DNA of 64,000 nucleotides from a virus (lineage: Duplodnaviria > Caudoviricetes), in the IMG/VR virus record IMGVR_UViG_3300030708_002923, positions 1-64,000 of that record; one strand, 5' to 3'. How positions within the stretch are numbered: the stretch's first letter is position 1; each line of letters starts with the position of its first letter. A program made the position numbers and the translations under genes. This document shows, piece after piece, positions 33,744 to 45,700 of this stretch. A model generated the notes under the pieces. That model was not told the DNA's origin. It ran no database searches and saw nothing but the letters and a program-made list of their open reading frames with translations.

Positions 33744-34046
33744 TTATGAACTACACTCTGCGTTGGTAGCTTGGCAGATTTGGGCGATGTTAATCGCTTG
33801 TTTTTGTTGGTTTTCCAGCATCTTTTGAACAATCTCTTCCATCTTATCCAAACGTTGCTCAATGCCTTCAATCTTAACGTCAACAACTTCTTGCTTTCCC
33901 ACACTGACAGCTTTCTTGTTTTCGAGCGCACTGACACGTGTACCAAGTTCATCGACATCTTGAGCCGCAGATTCAAAAGACGCGAATGCAATACCGGTAG
34001 CAAACACCAGAGTGATTCCAGGTACCACCATATCTTTTAAATCCAT
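33744..34046 (-). CDS. TM plus coiled-coil protein
   Basis: AGGAG RBS; N-terminal TM. Confidence 0.6.
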   Translation of the reverse strand: MDLKDMVVPGITLVFATGIAFASFESAAQDVDELGTRVSALENKKAVSVGKQEVVDVKIEGIEQRLDKMEEIVQKMLENQQKQAINIAQICQATNAECSS

Positions 34047-34057
34047 GATAACTCCTG

Positions 34058-34453
34058 TCACTCAGGTTCAGTACAACTATAAGACCCGAGTAGCTTATCC
34101 GTCAACTTGGATGGCTCGCATCGTTGCTTATCTGTTTCACCGGTTCGAATACACAAAGCCCACATACACTGAAGCGACATGGGATCTCCACCAACCTCTG
34201 TAATACAAGGCGGTGGCATATCTGTAAGCTTGTCAGCAATAGCAGACTCCCTTTTAGCCTCTTCGACCGCTACCTCTTGGACTTTAGTGACCAACGCTTC
34301 GTTGCCGTTATTCAACTCTTTGATTGCTTCTGTTTGCGCTTCAATCGCTTTAGCACCAGCGTCGGGCTTGAGGCCCCAACCAGCACCAAAGCCCACCCCC
34401 AAAGATGCAAGAACAGCAATCGTTGTCAGCGTTATTGGTTCCATTTTCGTCAT
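34058..34453 (-). CDS. Secreted or membrane Cys-containing protein
   Basis: Signal-like N-terminus, four Cys in the C-terminus. Confidence 0.6.
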   Translation of the reverse strand: MTKMEPITLTTIAVLASLGVGFGAGWGLKPDAGAKAIEAQTEAIKELNNGNEALVTKVQEVAVEEAKRESAIADKLTDMPPPCITEVGGDPMSLQCMWALCIRTGETDKQRCEPSKLTDKLLGSYSCTEPE

Positions 34454-34466
34454 CCAAGTTCCAAAA

Positions 34467-34688
34467 TCATTTCTTAGCAGGCTTCTTGGCTGCAGGCTTC
34501 TTGGCTGCAGGCTTCTTGGCTGCAGGCTTCTTAGCTGAAGATTTCAAAGCTTTGATTTCCAAATCTTTTTCTTTTACTTTATCTTCAAGTAATGAAATAG
34601 CCTTGAAAAGGTATTCTACAGCCTTTCGCTTGTTACCAAACTTAAGTTGCATTTCAATTTTAGCTTTCTTAATGTACTCTTCAATCAT
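34467..34688 (-). CDS. Small basic protein with histone H1-like (AKKPA)n tail
   Basis: SAKKPAAKKPAAKKPAAKKPAKK. Confidence 0.65.
   Translation of the reverse strand: MIEEYIKKAKIEMQLKFGNKRKAVEYLFKAISLLEDKVKEKDLEIKALKSSAKKPAAKKPAAKKPAAKKPAKK
34477..34536. repeat. 15-bp tandem repeat x4 (coding)
   Basis: GCAGGCTTCTTGGCT x3 plus one variant. Confidence 0.9.
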
Positions 34689-34699
34689 GTTTACCTCTT

Positions 34700-35089
34700 T
34701 TATGATGAAACTATAGAAACTTTAATATCTGCAGTTGGACTATCGTCACCAGACAATGCAGCAGTTGTAACGCACCAAAATGAAAGCCCTGCATCAAACT
34801 CCCAACCATTACTAATTACATATGTTGTTACAACCCCAAGTGGGGCATACAGAGTAATTGTTGGAATCGTAGAAGATCCTCCACCGCCAGTAATATTTGA
34901 TGCGTTAGCAATCTTTACATAACATGCAGGCTCAGTTGTAGTCGGTATACCAGCCGTAGCGTCAATCTCAATCATGTATACTTTACCGGCAGACGCAGCA
35001 GTAACGTTTTCAGCTTCGTTTGTGTCCGCTTTGACATCTACTACAAGCTTGCTTGCAAGATCAGTCAGGCTCGACGTTAAATTAGCCAT
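34700..35089 (-). CDS. Small beta-rich putative virion protein (paralogue family of 4)
   Basis: ENVT..GKVY.I.ID..CYVKI..P..G..F..GLSF. Confidence 0.55.
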   Translation of the reverse strand: MANLTSSLTDLASKLVVDVKADTNEAENVTAASAGKVYMIEIDATAGIPTTTEPACYVKIANASNITGGGGSSTIPTITLYAPLGVVTTYVISNGWEFDAGLSFWCVTTAALSGDDSPTADIKVSIVSS

Positions 35090-35464
35090 CTAAACACTCG
35101 TTACAATCGTTACAGCGATCGTCTCATTGCCAGAAACGCTTGGCGCAGTGTTATCACTCGGAGTTCCGTTTTCAGTCGCACAAACCGTAAGTGCTTTATA
35201 CAAAACTCCACCAGGAATTTCATACGTGTATGTAGACGTTGCCGGACAGGACAATACCCAATCAGGCGCTGTAGTTCCTACATTTGCTGAATATTCATTG
35301 AACAGCTTCACATAAACCGCAGCATCGTTGCCATTTACAATCTTGACGGAGTGAAGCATTCCAGGTCCACCCGTCACGTTTCTCTGTGCTGCATTGGTTA
35401 TGTTTGCATCGTGCAGAACATTGAACGATACAGCACGATCAAATTTGGTACTACTAAACGCCAT
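35090..35464 (-). CDS. Small beta-rich putative virion protein (paralogue family of 4)
   Basis: NVTGGPG..VYVKLF..VGTTAPD..CPA..PGG. Confidence 0.55.
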   Translation of the reverse strand: MAFSSTKFDRAVSFNVLHDANITNAAQRNVTGGPGMLHSVKIVNGNDAAVYVKLFNEYSANVGTTAPDWVLSCPATSTYTYEIPGGVLYKALTVCATENGTPSDNTAPSVSGNETIAVTIVTSV

Positions 35465-35477
35465 TTAATTGCTCATC

Positions 35478-35687
35478 TCAGTCGCCAGTTGTGGCCACGG
35501 CTTTCTTTTCGGCTGCGTCCACATAGCCTTGGCCGAGAATGTAAGAGACACAAACACCAGCGGTCAGCTTGAGCGCTTCGCCAAGTGCAATGTCTTCACT
35601 CAAAAATGCCAACACTGGAGGCAAAAGTGCTCCAAGAAATGCGGCCCAAAACTTACGTGATGAGAGTTTAATCTTCAAAGTTTCCAT
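35478..35687 (-). CDS. Holin-like protein
   Basis: KLSSRKFWAA..YILGQGYVDA with two TM segments. Confidence 0.7.
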   Translation of the reverse strand: METLKIKLSSRKFWAAFLGALLPPVLAFLSEDIALGEALKLTAGVCVSYILGQGYVDAAEKKAVATTGD

Positions 35688-35702
35688 GGTGTCTCCTTTG
35701 GA

Positions 35703-36560
35703 TCATCCAGCAGAAGGGCTATCGCCAGTAACGTATGTAGGCAAAAAGCCATCAGGTGCAAAGTTTACTCGATACCATATTTTCCAAGTTGTATCTGTGT
35801 CCGTAGCCCCGCCTGGAGCACTACTACTATAAAATGTGGGGCAGAAAAAGATATACACTGGATCAGTACCAACATATTCGTGTACTTGTTTTGTCGGGTC
35901 TATTGAATCCAAAACACGATTGTTTACATCGAGATTGTAAACCGACGTTTTGTGAATCATTGGGTTTCCGTCTGCATCACCATCATCAATTGCTGGTCCA
36001 ATCCAACAATACGCTCGACGACAGTTCGCTTCAGTTTCTGTGCTGATTGCTGTGTCACCACCTACCTGAACACGCACAGCTTCATTCGAAGCAATGTTGT
36101 TGTAGCAGCCCATGCCAACCCACTCTACATCACTCGTGTCAGTTGTGCAGGAAGAGTCTGCAATGCCAACGACAACACCTGCCCCTTCTTGGTTACCACT
36201 GCCGCTGTTGGCCCCTACAGCATGTCGCCAAACCAAAAACTCAATACTAAATTTATCAGCAAAAGTAAGAGGACCGTTTGGTCCTTCAATTTTTCTATAG
36301 TATCGTTTCCCGTTTTGGCTCGATTGATTCCATCTTTCTGCATTGTTGTCCAACTCCAGTTGAACTCTGATACCGTCACCACTCACAGTAAGCGCGTTTA
36401 CAGTGCCTGTGGAACCAGGGTCAGCGCCCGTCCACGAAGCAGACGTAGGATCAAGAGAGATCCAACGACTAATATTGTCGTTTTGTAGATTATCGAGATT
36501 ACCAACACTTAGATTTTTTTGTATTGGTCCTGGTATGCGTCCACGTCTATTCATAATCAA
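35703..36560 (-). CDS. Putative virion or receptor-binding beta-sandwich protein
   Basis: 285 aa, beta-rich, in the tail-fibre cluster. Confidence 0.45.
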   Translation of the reverse strand: MIMNRRGRIPGPIQKNLSVGNLDNLQNDNISRWISLDPTSASWTGADPGSTGTVNALTVSGDGIRVQLELDNNAERWNQSSQNGKRYYRKIEGPNGPLTFADKFSIEFLVWRHAVGANSGSGNQEGAGVVVGIADSSCTTDTSDVEWVGMGCYNNIASNEAVRVQVGGDTAISTETEANCRRAYCWIGPAIDDGDADGNPMIHKTSVYNLDVNNRVLDSIDPTKQVHEYVGTDPVYIFFCPTFYSSSAPGGATDTDTTWKIWYRVNFAPDGFLPTYVTGDSPSAG

Positions 36561-36919
36561 GCAGCATCAATGAGGTTAATGTATCCAGTCGCGTTGACCT
36601 TGTTGGCTGTGGTGCTTGCTGCAGTAATTACAACAGCCGTCGAGTTGTTGCCCTTGATAGTCCATCCAGGTACAGCGAGAACCGTAGACTCAGCAGGAAC
36701 CTTGACTATGATTTTGTCACCGTCCGACGTGCCGCCTATCCTAATCGTAACAATTTCTTGAGTGGTGTTGATGTTCGACAGCCAGATCCAAACCTCTTCA
36801 AAGTCAGCAGCAACACTCGTCACGGTGTGAACAGTTGTAAACGTTCCGGAATCAACAGCTAAAGCTAAAGGTCGACCGTCTGTGCTGCCGCTTAGTTTAT
36901 TTCTCGAAATTGTTGCCAT
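36557..36919 (-). CDS. Tail-fibre partner protein
   Basis: LSGSTDGR..HT..EEVWIW..PAES..GY pattern, directly after the fibre gene ending LHMQVFA. Confidence 0.6.
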   Translation of the reverse strand: MATISRNKLSGSTDGRPLALAVDSGTFTTVHTVTSVAADFEEVWIWLSNINTTQEIVTIRIGGTSDGDKIIVKVPAESTVLAVPGWTIKGNNSTAVVITAASTTANKVNATGYINLIDAA

Positions 36920-36928
36920 TGTGAACTC

Positions 36929-38542
36929 CTACGCAAAAACCTGCATGTGCAGAATAAGATTTGAATCGTCAGCAGCAGTTCCACCACCGCCAGCATAAGT
37001 TTTAAGGTCCGATGCAGGGATGGTCTTCATTTGACCGCCATCGTTAACAATAAACCCATCTGAGTCTGCTACTGTAATCGACCCACCAACAGATGTATTT
37101 CCGTCCAGCAGATTCAATTCTGTCGTAGTGACCGTAGCCCCATCCAGAATCTCAAGTTCTGCTTCACTAATAACGGCACTGCCAATTGTAAAGCCAGTGG
37201 CTGTCACTGTGCTCGCAAAAACAGCAGCTTGAGTGTCATCAACAGTTATCGCTGGAGTAAGTGAACTACCGTTGTGAGTAAAAACGATAAACTTACCTTT
37301 AGTATCGTTAGCTGTCCCACTATGGCTGGCTTCAATCATCGCCAAACCGGTGCCGGAATGATCACCAAAAAGAACGCGAGTTTCTGCGTCACCTTCACCA
37401 TTCTCATCCGTCGTGTTTTGAAGCAAAAGGTACGCATCTGCTCCAGCCACATGAAGCATGTTAGCAGGGGCATTTGTTCCGATACCAACGTTACCATCGG
37501 TGTGAATCCGCATACGCTCTGCGGCGGCATCTGTGCCACTGACCTTGGTCTTGAATTGAATACTCGAAGTGCCCGTACCGTCACCACCACCAGAGGCAAG
37601 AATCAAATCACCACCGTTTAGGTCGTTTGCGCCTGTGGTCGTTGAGCCTGCAGAAATGGTCAGAGACTTACCAACAGTAGTTCCTGTGTTGGTTACGGTG
37701 CTGATCGTCGTTGCTGTTGTATTTCCGGCAGTGCCCAATGTTGCATCGCCACCAGAAACGATGAGGTCCGTTCCAACGGTTACACCAGCATTAAACAAAG
37801 CCGCTCCAGCGTCTGACATATCAAGCGTCAAAGCCGTGATGTCGTCAGTGTCATCCGTGCCTTTAAAAACAATATCAGCATCGCCCGCTTGCGTATCGAG
37901 AGTAATGTTACCCGAAGTGGTTGCAATAGTGACTGCGGCGTCACCTGTAGTAATGTCGTCTGCAGCACTTGATCCAGTAGCAACAGCATCAGCAACCCAT
38001 TTAGCGCCATCATATTTTAAGAACTGACCTGTAGATGGTGAGTCCTGACCAATCTTCGTAACGTGGCCGGAACCATCAAAAGTAATCGCAGCAGTCCCAC
38101 CGGCCTCTTTGAGTGATCCACCATCGTCGAGAATGATGTCACCAGTGACTTGAACATCGCCAGCAGCCGTTACCTTTTGGGCCTCGTCAATCGTGACCGC
38201 AGCAGTCAACGACGAACCGGTATGTGTAGACAAGATCATCTTGCCTTTAGTGTCATCCGATGAGCCGCTATGGCTTACTTCAATCTGCCCAAGAGATGCA
38301 TTTGCATGATCTTCAAAGATCAGCCTTGACTCACAACCACCATCTGAGTTTTCAGAGGTTGAGTTTTGAATCGTTACATACGGGGCCGTTCCCTTGACTT
38401 GCAATTGTGTGCCAGGAGCAGTGTCACCTATACCTACACGATTGTTCGTTTCATCGATGGACAGTGTACCGCTATCGACCTCAAGGTCGGTGACGACAAG
38501 TGCTCCCCCGCCACCTGAAAACTTAGAATTGAAGCTTGGCAT
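36929..38542 (-). CDS. Tail fibre protein
   Basis: RVGIGDTAP and GNVGIGTNAP repeats, internal duplicated RxxFxDHxxxxLxxIExSHSG module, GQFLKYDG knob. Confidence 0.75.
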   Translation of the reverse strand: MPSFNSKFSGGGGALVVTDLEVDSGTLSIDETNNRVGIGDTAPGTQLQVKGTAPYVTIQNSTSENSDGGCESRLIFEDHANASLGQIEVSHSGSSDDTKGKMILSTHTGSSLTAAVTIDEAQKVTAAGDVQVTGDIILDDGGSLKEAGGTAAITFDGSGHVTKIGQDSPSTGQFLKYDGAKWVADAVATGSSAADDITTGDAAVTIATTSGNITLDTQAGDADIVFKGTDDTDDITALTLDMSDAGAALFNAGVTVGTDLIVSGGDATLGTAGNTTATTISTVTNTGTTVGKSLTISAGSTTTGANDLNGGDLILASGGGDGTGTSSIQFKTKVSGTDAAAERMRIHTDGNVGIGTNAPANMLHVAGADAYLLLQNTTDENGEGDAETRVLFGDHSGTGLAMIEASHSGTANDTKGKFIVFTHNGSSLTPAITVDDTQAAVFASTVTATGFTIGSAVISEAELEILDGATVTTTELNLLDGNTSVGGSITVADSDGFIVNDGGQMKTIPASDLKTYAGGGGTAADDSNLILHMQVFA

Positions 38543-38551
38543 GAGGCCCCC

Positions 38552-38983
38552 TTATGTTTTGTCGTGCCAATGAAGTCGTGCTTTTTCAACAACACAAGCT
38601 TCACCTGGCTTGATCCAGAGATAACACTTGCCTGTAGTTGTTTGGCCTGATGGTGCAGTAATAAACAACTTGTCCAGTGAGATTACGGTATGAACCGTAC
38701 CTGAAGTGCCACCTTCAGTAACCGATATGCTTTCTGCTTTGGAAGTCAACGGATCATCACCGGCTGAGTCCCAAGTCAAATACACGTCGAACGTTTTTGT
38801 GGCATCAGCCCAAGATGTAAAAACAATATCTAACTGAGAAAACGAACATGAACCCGGCAACGCCTTAGAACGGGCGTCACTTGGGGTTCCTGTTGTCTGC
38901 TCGGCAAGTAACGTTGAAGTAAACGCACTTGTCGAACTGATAGATGTTTTTGCTGTATTTGTGACGAAACCTGAAGCCATCAC
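38552..38983 (-). CDS. Putative virion protein
   Basis: Thr/Ser-rich, in the structural cluster. Confidence 0.5.
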   Translation of the reverse strand: MMASGFVTNTAKTSISSTSAFTSTLLAEQTTGTPSDARSKALPGSCSFSQLDIVFTSWADATKTFDVYLTWDSAGDDPLTSKAESISVTEGGTSGTVHTVISLDKLFITAPSGQTTTGKCYLWIKPGEACVVEKARLHWHDKT

Positions 38984-39010
38984 GACCTCCAGATAGCTAG
39001 AGGTTCAATA

Positions 39011-39619
39011 TCAAGTAGATGGGTTGACGATGTCTACGACGAACACGTCTGAGCGGCAGGAGTTACCGGCATTAGCAACGCTCCATTCTCCGCTTACTGC
39101 AAGAGTTTGCTCTACAGTTGTGTTGAGCGTGAACGATGCTTTCAAAGAGCGCTTCGTGGCTGTCGCAGCAGCGTCGGGATCTTGAAATTCAATCATAGCA
39201 ACTGCTGTACCAGAAGAGCCAATAGTGCGTACTTGAATAAGGGCATCAATGTAAAAAACATCATTATCTTCTTGATCTACTGCAGTTGTTGCCAGAAGTT
39301 CTTCACGACTAGCGAGAGCAGTGGTCGTAGGCCCAAGACTTAAATAAATCTTCAAGGTGTCAGTTGAATTTTGAGCCGTTGTAATTCCCATAGAACGAAC
39401 GCGAATTGTCGAGCCAGCAACAAGCGTGTTTGCAGGAATCGCCAAAGAATCCAGTGCTGTTTCAGTCGTTGTGTTCGTCAAGGCGGCACTTGCCGCTGTT
39501 TTAGTAGCAGCTTGCCCACCGACATACATTTTTGCACCAGCGCCACGGCCATGATCAACCATCATGCCGATACCGTGTTCAAGCGCTCGGCCTGCGGAAA
39601 GTTCAGGGATTCTAGACAT
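39011..39619 (-). CDS. Putative virion protein
   Basis: Ala/Thr-rich beta-type sequence. Confidence 0.5.
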   Translation of the reverse strand: MSRIPELSAGRALEHGIGMMVDHGRGAGAKMYVGGQAATKTAASAALTNTTTETALDSLAIPANTLVAGSTIRVRSMGITTAQNSTDTLKIYLSLGPTTTALASREELLATTAVDQEDNDVFYIDALIQVRTIGSSGTAVAMIEFQDPDAAATATKRSLKASFTLNTTVEQTLAVSGEWSVANAGNSCRSDVFVVDIVNPST

Positions 39620-39702
39620 TATTTACTCCATTGGGGAAGGGGAAGTGTGATTCGTTTTCAACAATAACATGATTAATATACAGAAGAGGTTCTTTATTTT
39701 GT

Positions 39703-42700
39703 TCAGTTTTCTGAGGTTTTTAGTTCTCGTAAATGCTGTTTGATTTTGAAGGACGTATTGGCTTCGTTTTCCAAATCTATATGAACGGGCGATAATCCAA
39801 TAAGCTTCAATAAGTACAGTGGGTAAAAATCTTTGTATCTCAATTTATAGTTTGTACCATCTGTACCTTGATAACTAAAGTCTTCTCGCATAGCGCGATG
39901 AGCCGTTGCTGTATCCAAGTATCCTTTTACCCCTGGTGCTACAGTAGCATCAAATGTGTCTGTGGGGCGTGCCATCGTTACAGGTCGTGGAGGCTCTCCA
40001 GGCTTCATAGAAACATCATAGGTGAACTTTCTTGTGGGCTTCACAACGCCAAGCTGCACCAAACCAGGAACACGAGCCAAGAGCGGACGTTCTTTGTCGG
40101 CCTGATAATATGCATCGGCCGCTCTCACCATCGCTTCTGTAAGGCCAATATTTGATCGATCTATGGCATCAATTACATCAAGCATACGACCAGTAAACGG
40201 AGTCTGCATAAACTCCAATACAAAGTTTGAAACACCGGGATTGGTGGCAATGTAAATACCTCTTCCTGGCATTTCGATGTTTCGAACGTTTACTTTTCTG
40301 CCAGTTTTATCGTCAAAAACAAACTTCAACTCACTTTCAGGTAGATGTACAATTCCAAACTTGTCGTGCAATACACCACCGAAAAGGTCATGGTCAAGCT
40401 GTACGATAAATGATGGAACCTGATTTGTTGCACGCTCTAAAGCAAATCCACGAGCAGGGTCCAAGCCAGTCGTTGGTTTATATAAGAATTCCAAAAAGTA
40501 TGGGTTTGCTCTCGACAACAGACCAAATAGTGATTTTTGAGCCTGCTCTTCACCAACAATATTGGGTGTAAAGGGCAGTGCCGAAAAAGCACCAATTATA
40601 TCCGAAATCAAAGCAAACACATCAGAAGTTGATAAATACGGTATACGCATGGCGTGATCACCGATTTTGAATGGCAAAAATGTCCTTGTTCTATCCCACG
40701 GACTTAAAACCCTTTCAGGATCTTCAAGTTCTGTGACCTTTAGCTGGCTCGCTCTGGCAATCTTCAATTGAGTGAGAACACGATCAGGGTTTTCAACTAT
40801 TGATTTTGCTATCAGTTTTGTCGCTTGTTTGAAGTATGTATAGAAGGCAAAAACCTCACTAATGTAATTTTTCTCCCAATCACTCAAATCTGAATAATCA
40901 AGTGCAATTTCTCGCGTTCTTTTGGCCGCTTGTTTTATGTCGGCACCGTTTTCCATTTCTCGCAGCATGATGCGAATACGGAAGTAGCTGTCGATCGCTG
41001 TGGCTACTTCTCCAAAAAAACGATTCGATCGCGCAAAAAATCCATCGGGCCTTAATATCATGCCCAAGGTCACAGCACTCAAACCGGCACCACCCGCAGC
41101 GCCAGCAACAGCACCCACAGGGCCTCCACCCAAAAGACCAATCATTCCACCAATCGTTCCACCAATTGCGCTACCGCCAACCCAAGGGTTTGCTTGAGTG
41201 AAAGCATTCAAAATGCGAGAGTGAATGTTTGTGTTGTTGAGTGTACTTACAAAAGACCCCTTCACACCCTCTTCAATCAATGCGTTGGCCATGCCGTCAG
41301 CGGTTAATACTCGACCATCTGGGAGCACATACGGTGCCGTATCAGGCTTGTGTGTGCCATCACCAAAGGTTCGAGCCAAAACACCGGAAACAAAGTTGAT
41401 TCGCTTTGTGTTGTTATACGAGCCAACAGCATCAGTCATAACGCCAGGAAAGCGTACAAGATCAGCGCCAGCAGCAGCAAGACCTTGACCAAGTTGAACT
41501 TGACTTACTGTGCCAAGATAAACGCCCATAAAGTATGGGACCATGGGAACACCGCCGCTACCAATCAACAGTCCCTTGTAGAAATTCTTGGGCAGGGCCG
41601 GGAAGTTTTGCGCGTAAATTCGAGCAGCGTCTTTCATTTCTTTGGCTATCGTTACAGATATCTCTGGCTGATCCCCTGTAAGCGCATACTCTACAGTGCC
41701 ATTTTTTCCGAAGTTGCGTTCAAGACGAAACGATGGCTCTTTGTATATGTCAGCCATGGTTTCTTCTAATCCTTGAATCAAAGATTCTGGTAGAAGGAAC
41801 GTTTCATCACCCAACTTGAGGACACTGACAGTGCCAAGCTGACGCTTGATTCCCATCTGATCCAGTATTCGAGATGCTTCGTCTTTTGCAGCCTTTTCGA
41901 GTTCTCCAAAAACCTTGCTATCTGGATGATTTTTTTGTGATGGAAGCGCCTCAGATATACCGTACAAATCCTCGGGGGCCTTTGCAGGCGCTTGCAATAG
42001 TCCTGCTTTTTGTCCTGCTGTTCCGCGTTGAATGATCACTTTGTCTTGGAACGCCAACTCTTGATCAATATAAAACGCTATTCGCTCGATATACTTTTGA
42101 CGATCCAGGCCTGCCACTTCTCCTAAATCTGCACGCTTAGATATCTGTTCAAATAGTGCCCGCCTGTTTGTGTTGTATCCAGCTTCAGCCAGTTCTTTCG
42201 CAAGGCCACGACGCAGTTCCGAAATCTTGCCGAACACCAAAACGTTGGTGAGCAGTGCGATTGTATCAGCGTCTGTTTTTGATGTTTTACCAAGTAGCTT
42301 TTTGGCTGCTTTAGGTGACAGTGGAACCAATGATTTCGTGGCGCCCACTTGATACATTTGAATCAAGTCACCTTGATAATATGATTTGTAAATTTTCAGA
42401 ATATCTTGATTGCTGAAATTCCAATTTACTTTTTGACCCTCAACTCCCATTGCTATTTTGAAGTGGTCCATAGCTGTTTCAAAAACAAAACTGTATTTTT
42501 CTAACAAACCATTGTGCAAAACTTGAATCGCATCTGCAGCAATAATTTTCTGCTGGTCTGTTATTCCAGCAGACTTGACACCTTTTTGCTTCAACGTTCG
42601 CAACGCAATTAACGACTCACGCTCAAGTCTAGTCATCCCATGATAACCATCAAGTATGTCCTGAATATCATTTAAGTTATTCAAAATGTAATCTATATCT

Positions 42701-45700
42701 AAAACACCACTTTTACTTGTAATTACGTCCGGAATAATGCGAGCCGGAACTCCAGTTTTTTGTTGTGCTGCTTTTTGCTTCGTTAGCGCATCAGCATCCA
42801 TCCCGGTTCGCAATTTCGTAAACACATCAACAATTTGAAACAGCTTGTCTACTTTTGCCAGCGGTACAAGCGGCACGAGTAACGAAATTTGATCCTGATA
42901 AAAATCAATAAAATACTCAGCGCCGTTTCGTTTTGCAGACTCAATAGCGTTGACGAGATCCTCATTCACCTTGCCCGTCATTCGAATGTGTTTTTCGATC
43001 ACTTCGACAAGGTCAGGGTTTGCATTTTCCCTGTTGAATCTGAGTTCTTTGCGAGAAAACTTGTCTACCAGTTTTTTAATTTCTGAGCCCAACTCTTTAG
43101 TCAACTCAGTAGATTCGAAAAGTATGCCCAACTTTCTTACGAAACCAGGGTGAACATCGCCCCTGCGAATCCTATTCAACGGCCCCGCTTCAATGTCTTG
43201 CATGACCTTGTGAACTAAGTCGTACTCAGCGACGGACATAATCCTCAAATTTGCTTCAGGATCTAACAATCCCTTCGGCAAAATATCGGATGCAGGCTGT
43301 TGGGATATTTCTTGAATGATCGTCCTCATGCCTGCAATCTGTCGATCAGATAGCGTAAAAAACTCGGTTTCACGTATTTGCTGGTCTACCAAGACTTTTG
43401 GACCTGGAGAGTTGATGCGTTGCCGCTCATCAAATGCGGCCAAGTCATCCGGTCGAACAAGCGGTGAAAGGTTACTGCGATCTACATTTCCATCTTGACC
43501 TCTCTGAGCCAAGAATTTCGCTTTCGTATCTGGAAAGTCGCCTAAGTTTTCGATCAGTCGCTTTTTGACGTTCTCCAAAATCTGAACAGCCCTGGATACT
43601 GGAACAATGTATCGGCCTGTACCCACGGTTGTTGTCTTTGCACGCTTTAGCGTGCTGCGGAACCTGTCAGTTTTGATGTATGCAATTGTTTTGATGAGAA
43701 CATCGATGGCATCATCTGTTGTGTCGGCGTAAACTCTCCGTGGAATACGCACGGTTTGACCTGTGGTGGGGTCAACATCAGCATCAACACGAGTGATGAA
43801 TTTATCACCAAGGTATTGATGAATCACTTCTGGGTTCATTGACGGCTGTTTGGCAGATTCTTCTCGTGCAAATCTAGCAGGTTTGCTGTCGAGTACTTGC
43901 CGTCTTGCGTCTGCATTTACGAAAATTGCGTATGGTCGTTTTCTAACCACGCTTGCGGTTAGCGCATCGATGTTCCTGCGATCAGATGGCAATGTACCAA
44001 ATTCAAGATCCCAATATTGCCGAACTGACTTTGGCAGTAACCCTGGTTTATTTCTGAGTTTGCTCCAGAAGTTGTGCAAACCAATGTACAACTCATCAAA
44101 CATTCTACGCAGAAATCCGTTTTTTGCATCCTTGGTGCGTCTGTACAGCCTCCAAGCTTCAGCAAACTGCTCATGACCAACATCGGTCAGGCGTTTTTTA
44201 CCCTGATTGTTGACGGTGTGATCAAACAAACCAAATAGCTTTTGGTTGAAATTATCACCCATGAGCGTGGCCATGAAGTGACCGTTCTCATGCCAGAGCG
44301 CATCAACATCGCCCGCAGTAAACAAGTTGATGATTGATTGTCGGGTGTTTGAATCATATTCGAAGTAACCCAAAGGTATGTCTTTTTTACGAGCAAATCG
44401 AATATCTGGGTCTGCCGCTGTATCTTCGAGCGTCAAGACAATGCGACCACCGTCCGCATCGGTTGTGCGTGTTGTTCCCTCGGGCATGTCTCCCATAAAC
44501 CGCGCTGTTGGGCCTGCCGATCGATTCCGTGTAACGTTGAGGTTGCGAATTACCTCTACAGCGCTTCCAAATTGCGTATCTACAGCATCGGAGATTTTAA
44601 ATGCTTGAAACTCAATTAGGGCCATAAATCGCTGTGCATCACCCACATCGATTAGTTTGTCATTCACCAGACCTTGTACTTGTCGTTGTATTTTTCTGTA
44701 CTCTGGAGATGAACGAAAAACACGAACTTCGCTGACACCCAAGTCGTTGATTACTTCTTTCGAAAGCTTGCGAATTGATTGAATATCGCCTGATGATAGT
44801 ACGTCAGCAGCAATATATTTATCTGGGTCACGGTCAGCTAACAGTAAAACGCGTTTTAGTATTTCTCGTTCAGCTACTGTTAGATCATTTGTAAGGATCT
44901 TGCCTTTGTTTTTTCGTTGTCGTAATCCAGCTTGTATCAATGAGTTTATTCGTACGAGTGAATCTGAAGATTTTGTTTCAACAACACCATCAAATAACTT
45001 TTGTTTTGCAAGCTGATATCGAATACTTGGAGATCCTTGACCTTTTAAAATTTGAGTGACTGCGCCAGGAGTATTCGCTGCCGTTCTGAAACCCATGCCA
45101 CCAGCTTTAAATAGACGCTTCTCCATGTTGAGAAACATGTCTAAAAACATACCTAAATTTTGTAACAGGTTGTACTCAATGTCATCTGGCGAATACCCCA
45201 ACGCGGTTGCGACCTCCGCAAATCCAACTTGGAATCCACCGAGTGCTGCCATCATTCTTGCGTCAAATCTAGTAATGAAATCATCGTCTGGATCACGAAT
45301 ACCCAAGCGAAGCATTTTGTCTAAACCAGCCGGTGTTGGTGCATAAATGCCGTTTGGTAATCCAAGATTTTTCAACAATGAAGCCAAAATCGCGTCTGTT
45401 CCTGCAAGCTGAGTAATCCAGTTGTCCGTCAAGCTATACTCAACCTCTGCTGCTCCAGTGGTTACCGCACCAGCCCAATTCAATACTTCGCCAATCATAG
45501 ATCGCTTAAAAAACGTTCCGTACTTTGGATCATCAACGCGATCTGTCATTACGTCAAATGCTGCACGAGTTGTTCTTCGAGCACCAATTTCACCTGTTTC
45601 TTCTTCTTGAAATTTCAATAGCGATAAACCCCACCCATCCAACTCTTTTTGTGAAGGTATTGTTGCTTCTAAAATTTCTTCAAAAAGGTACTGTGTTGCA

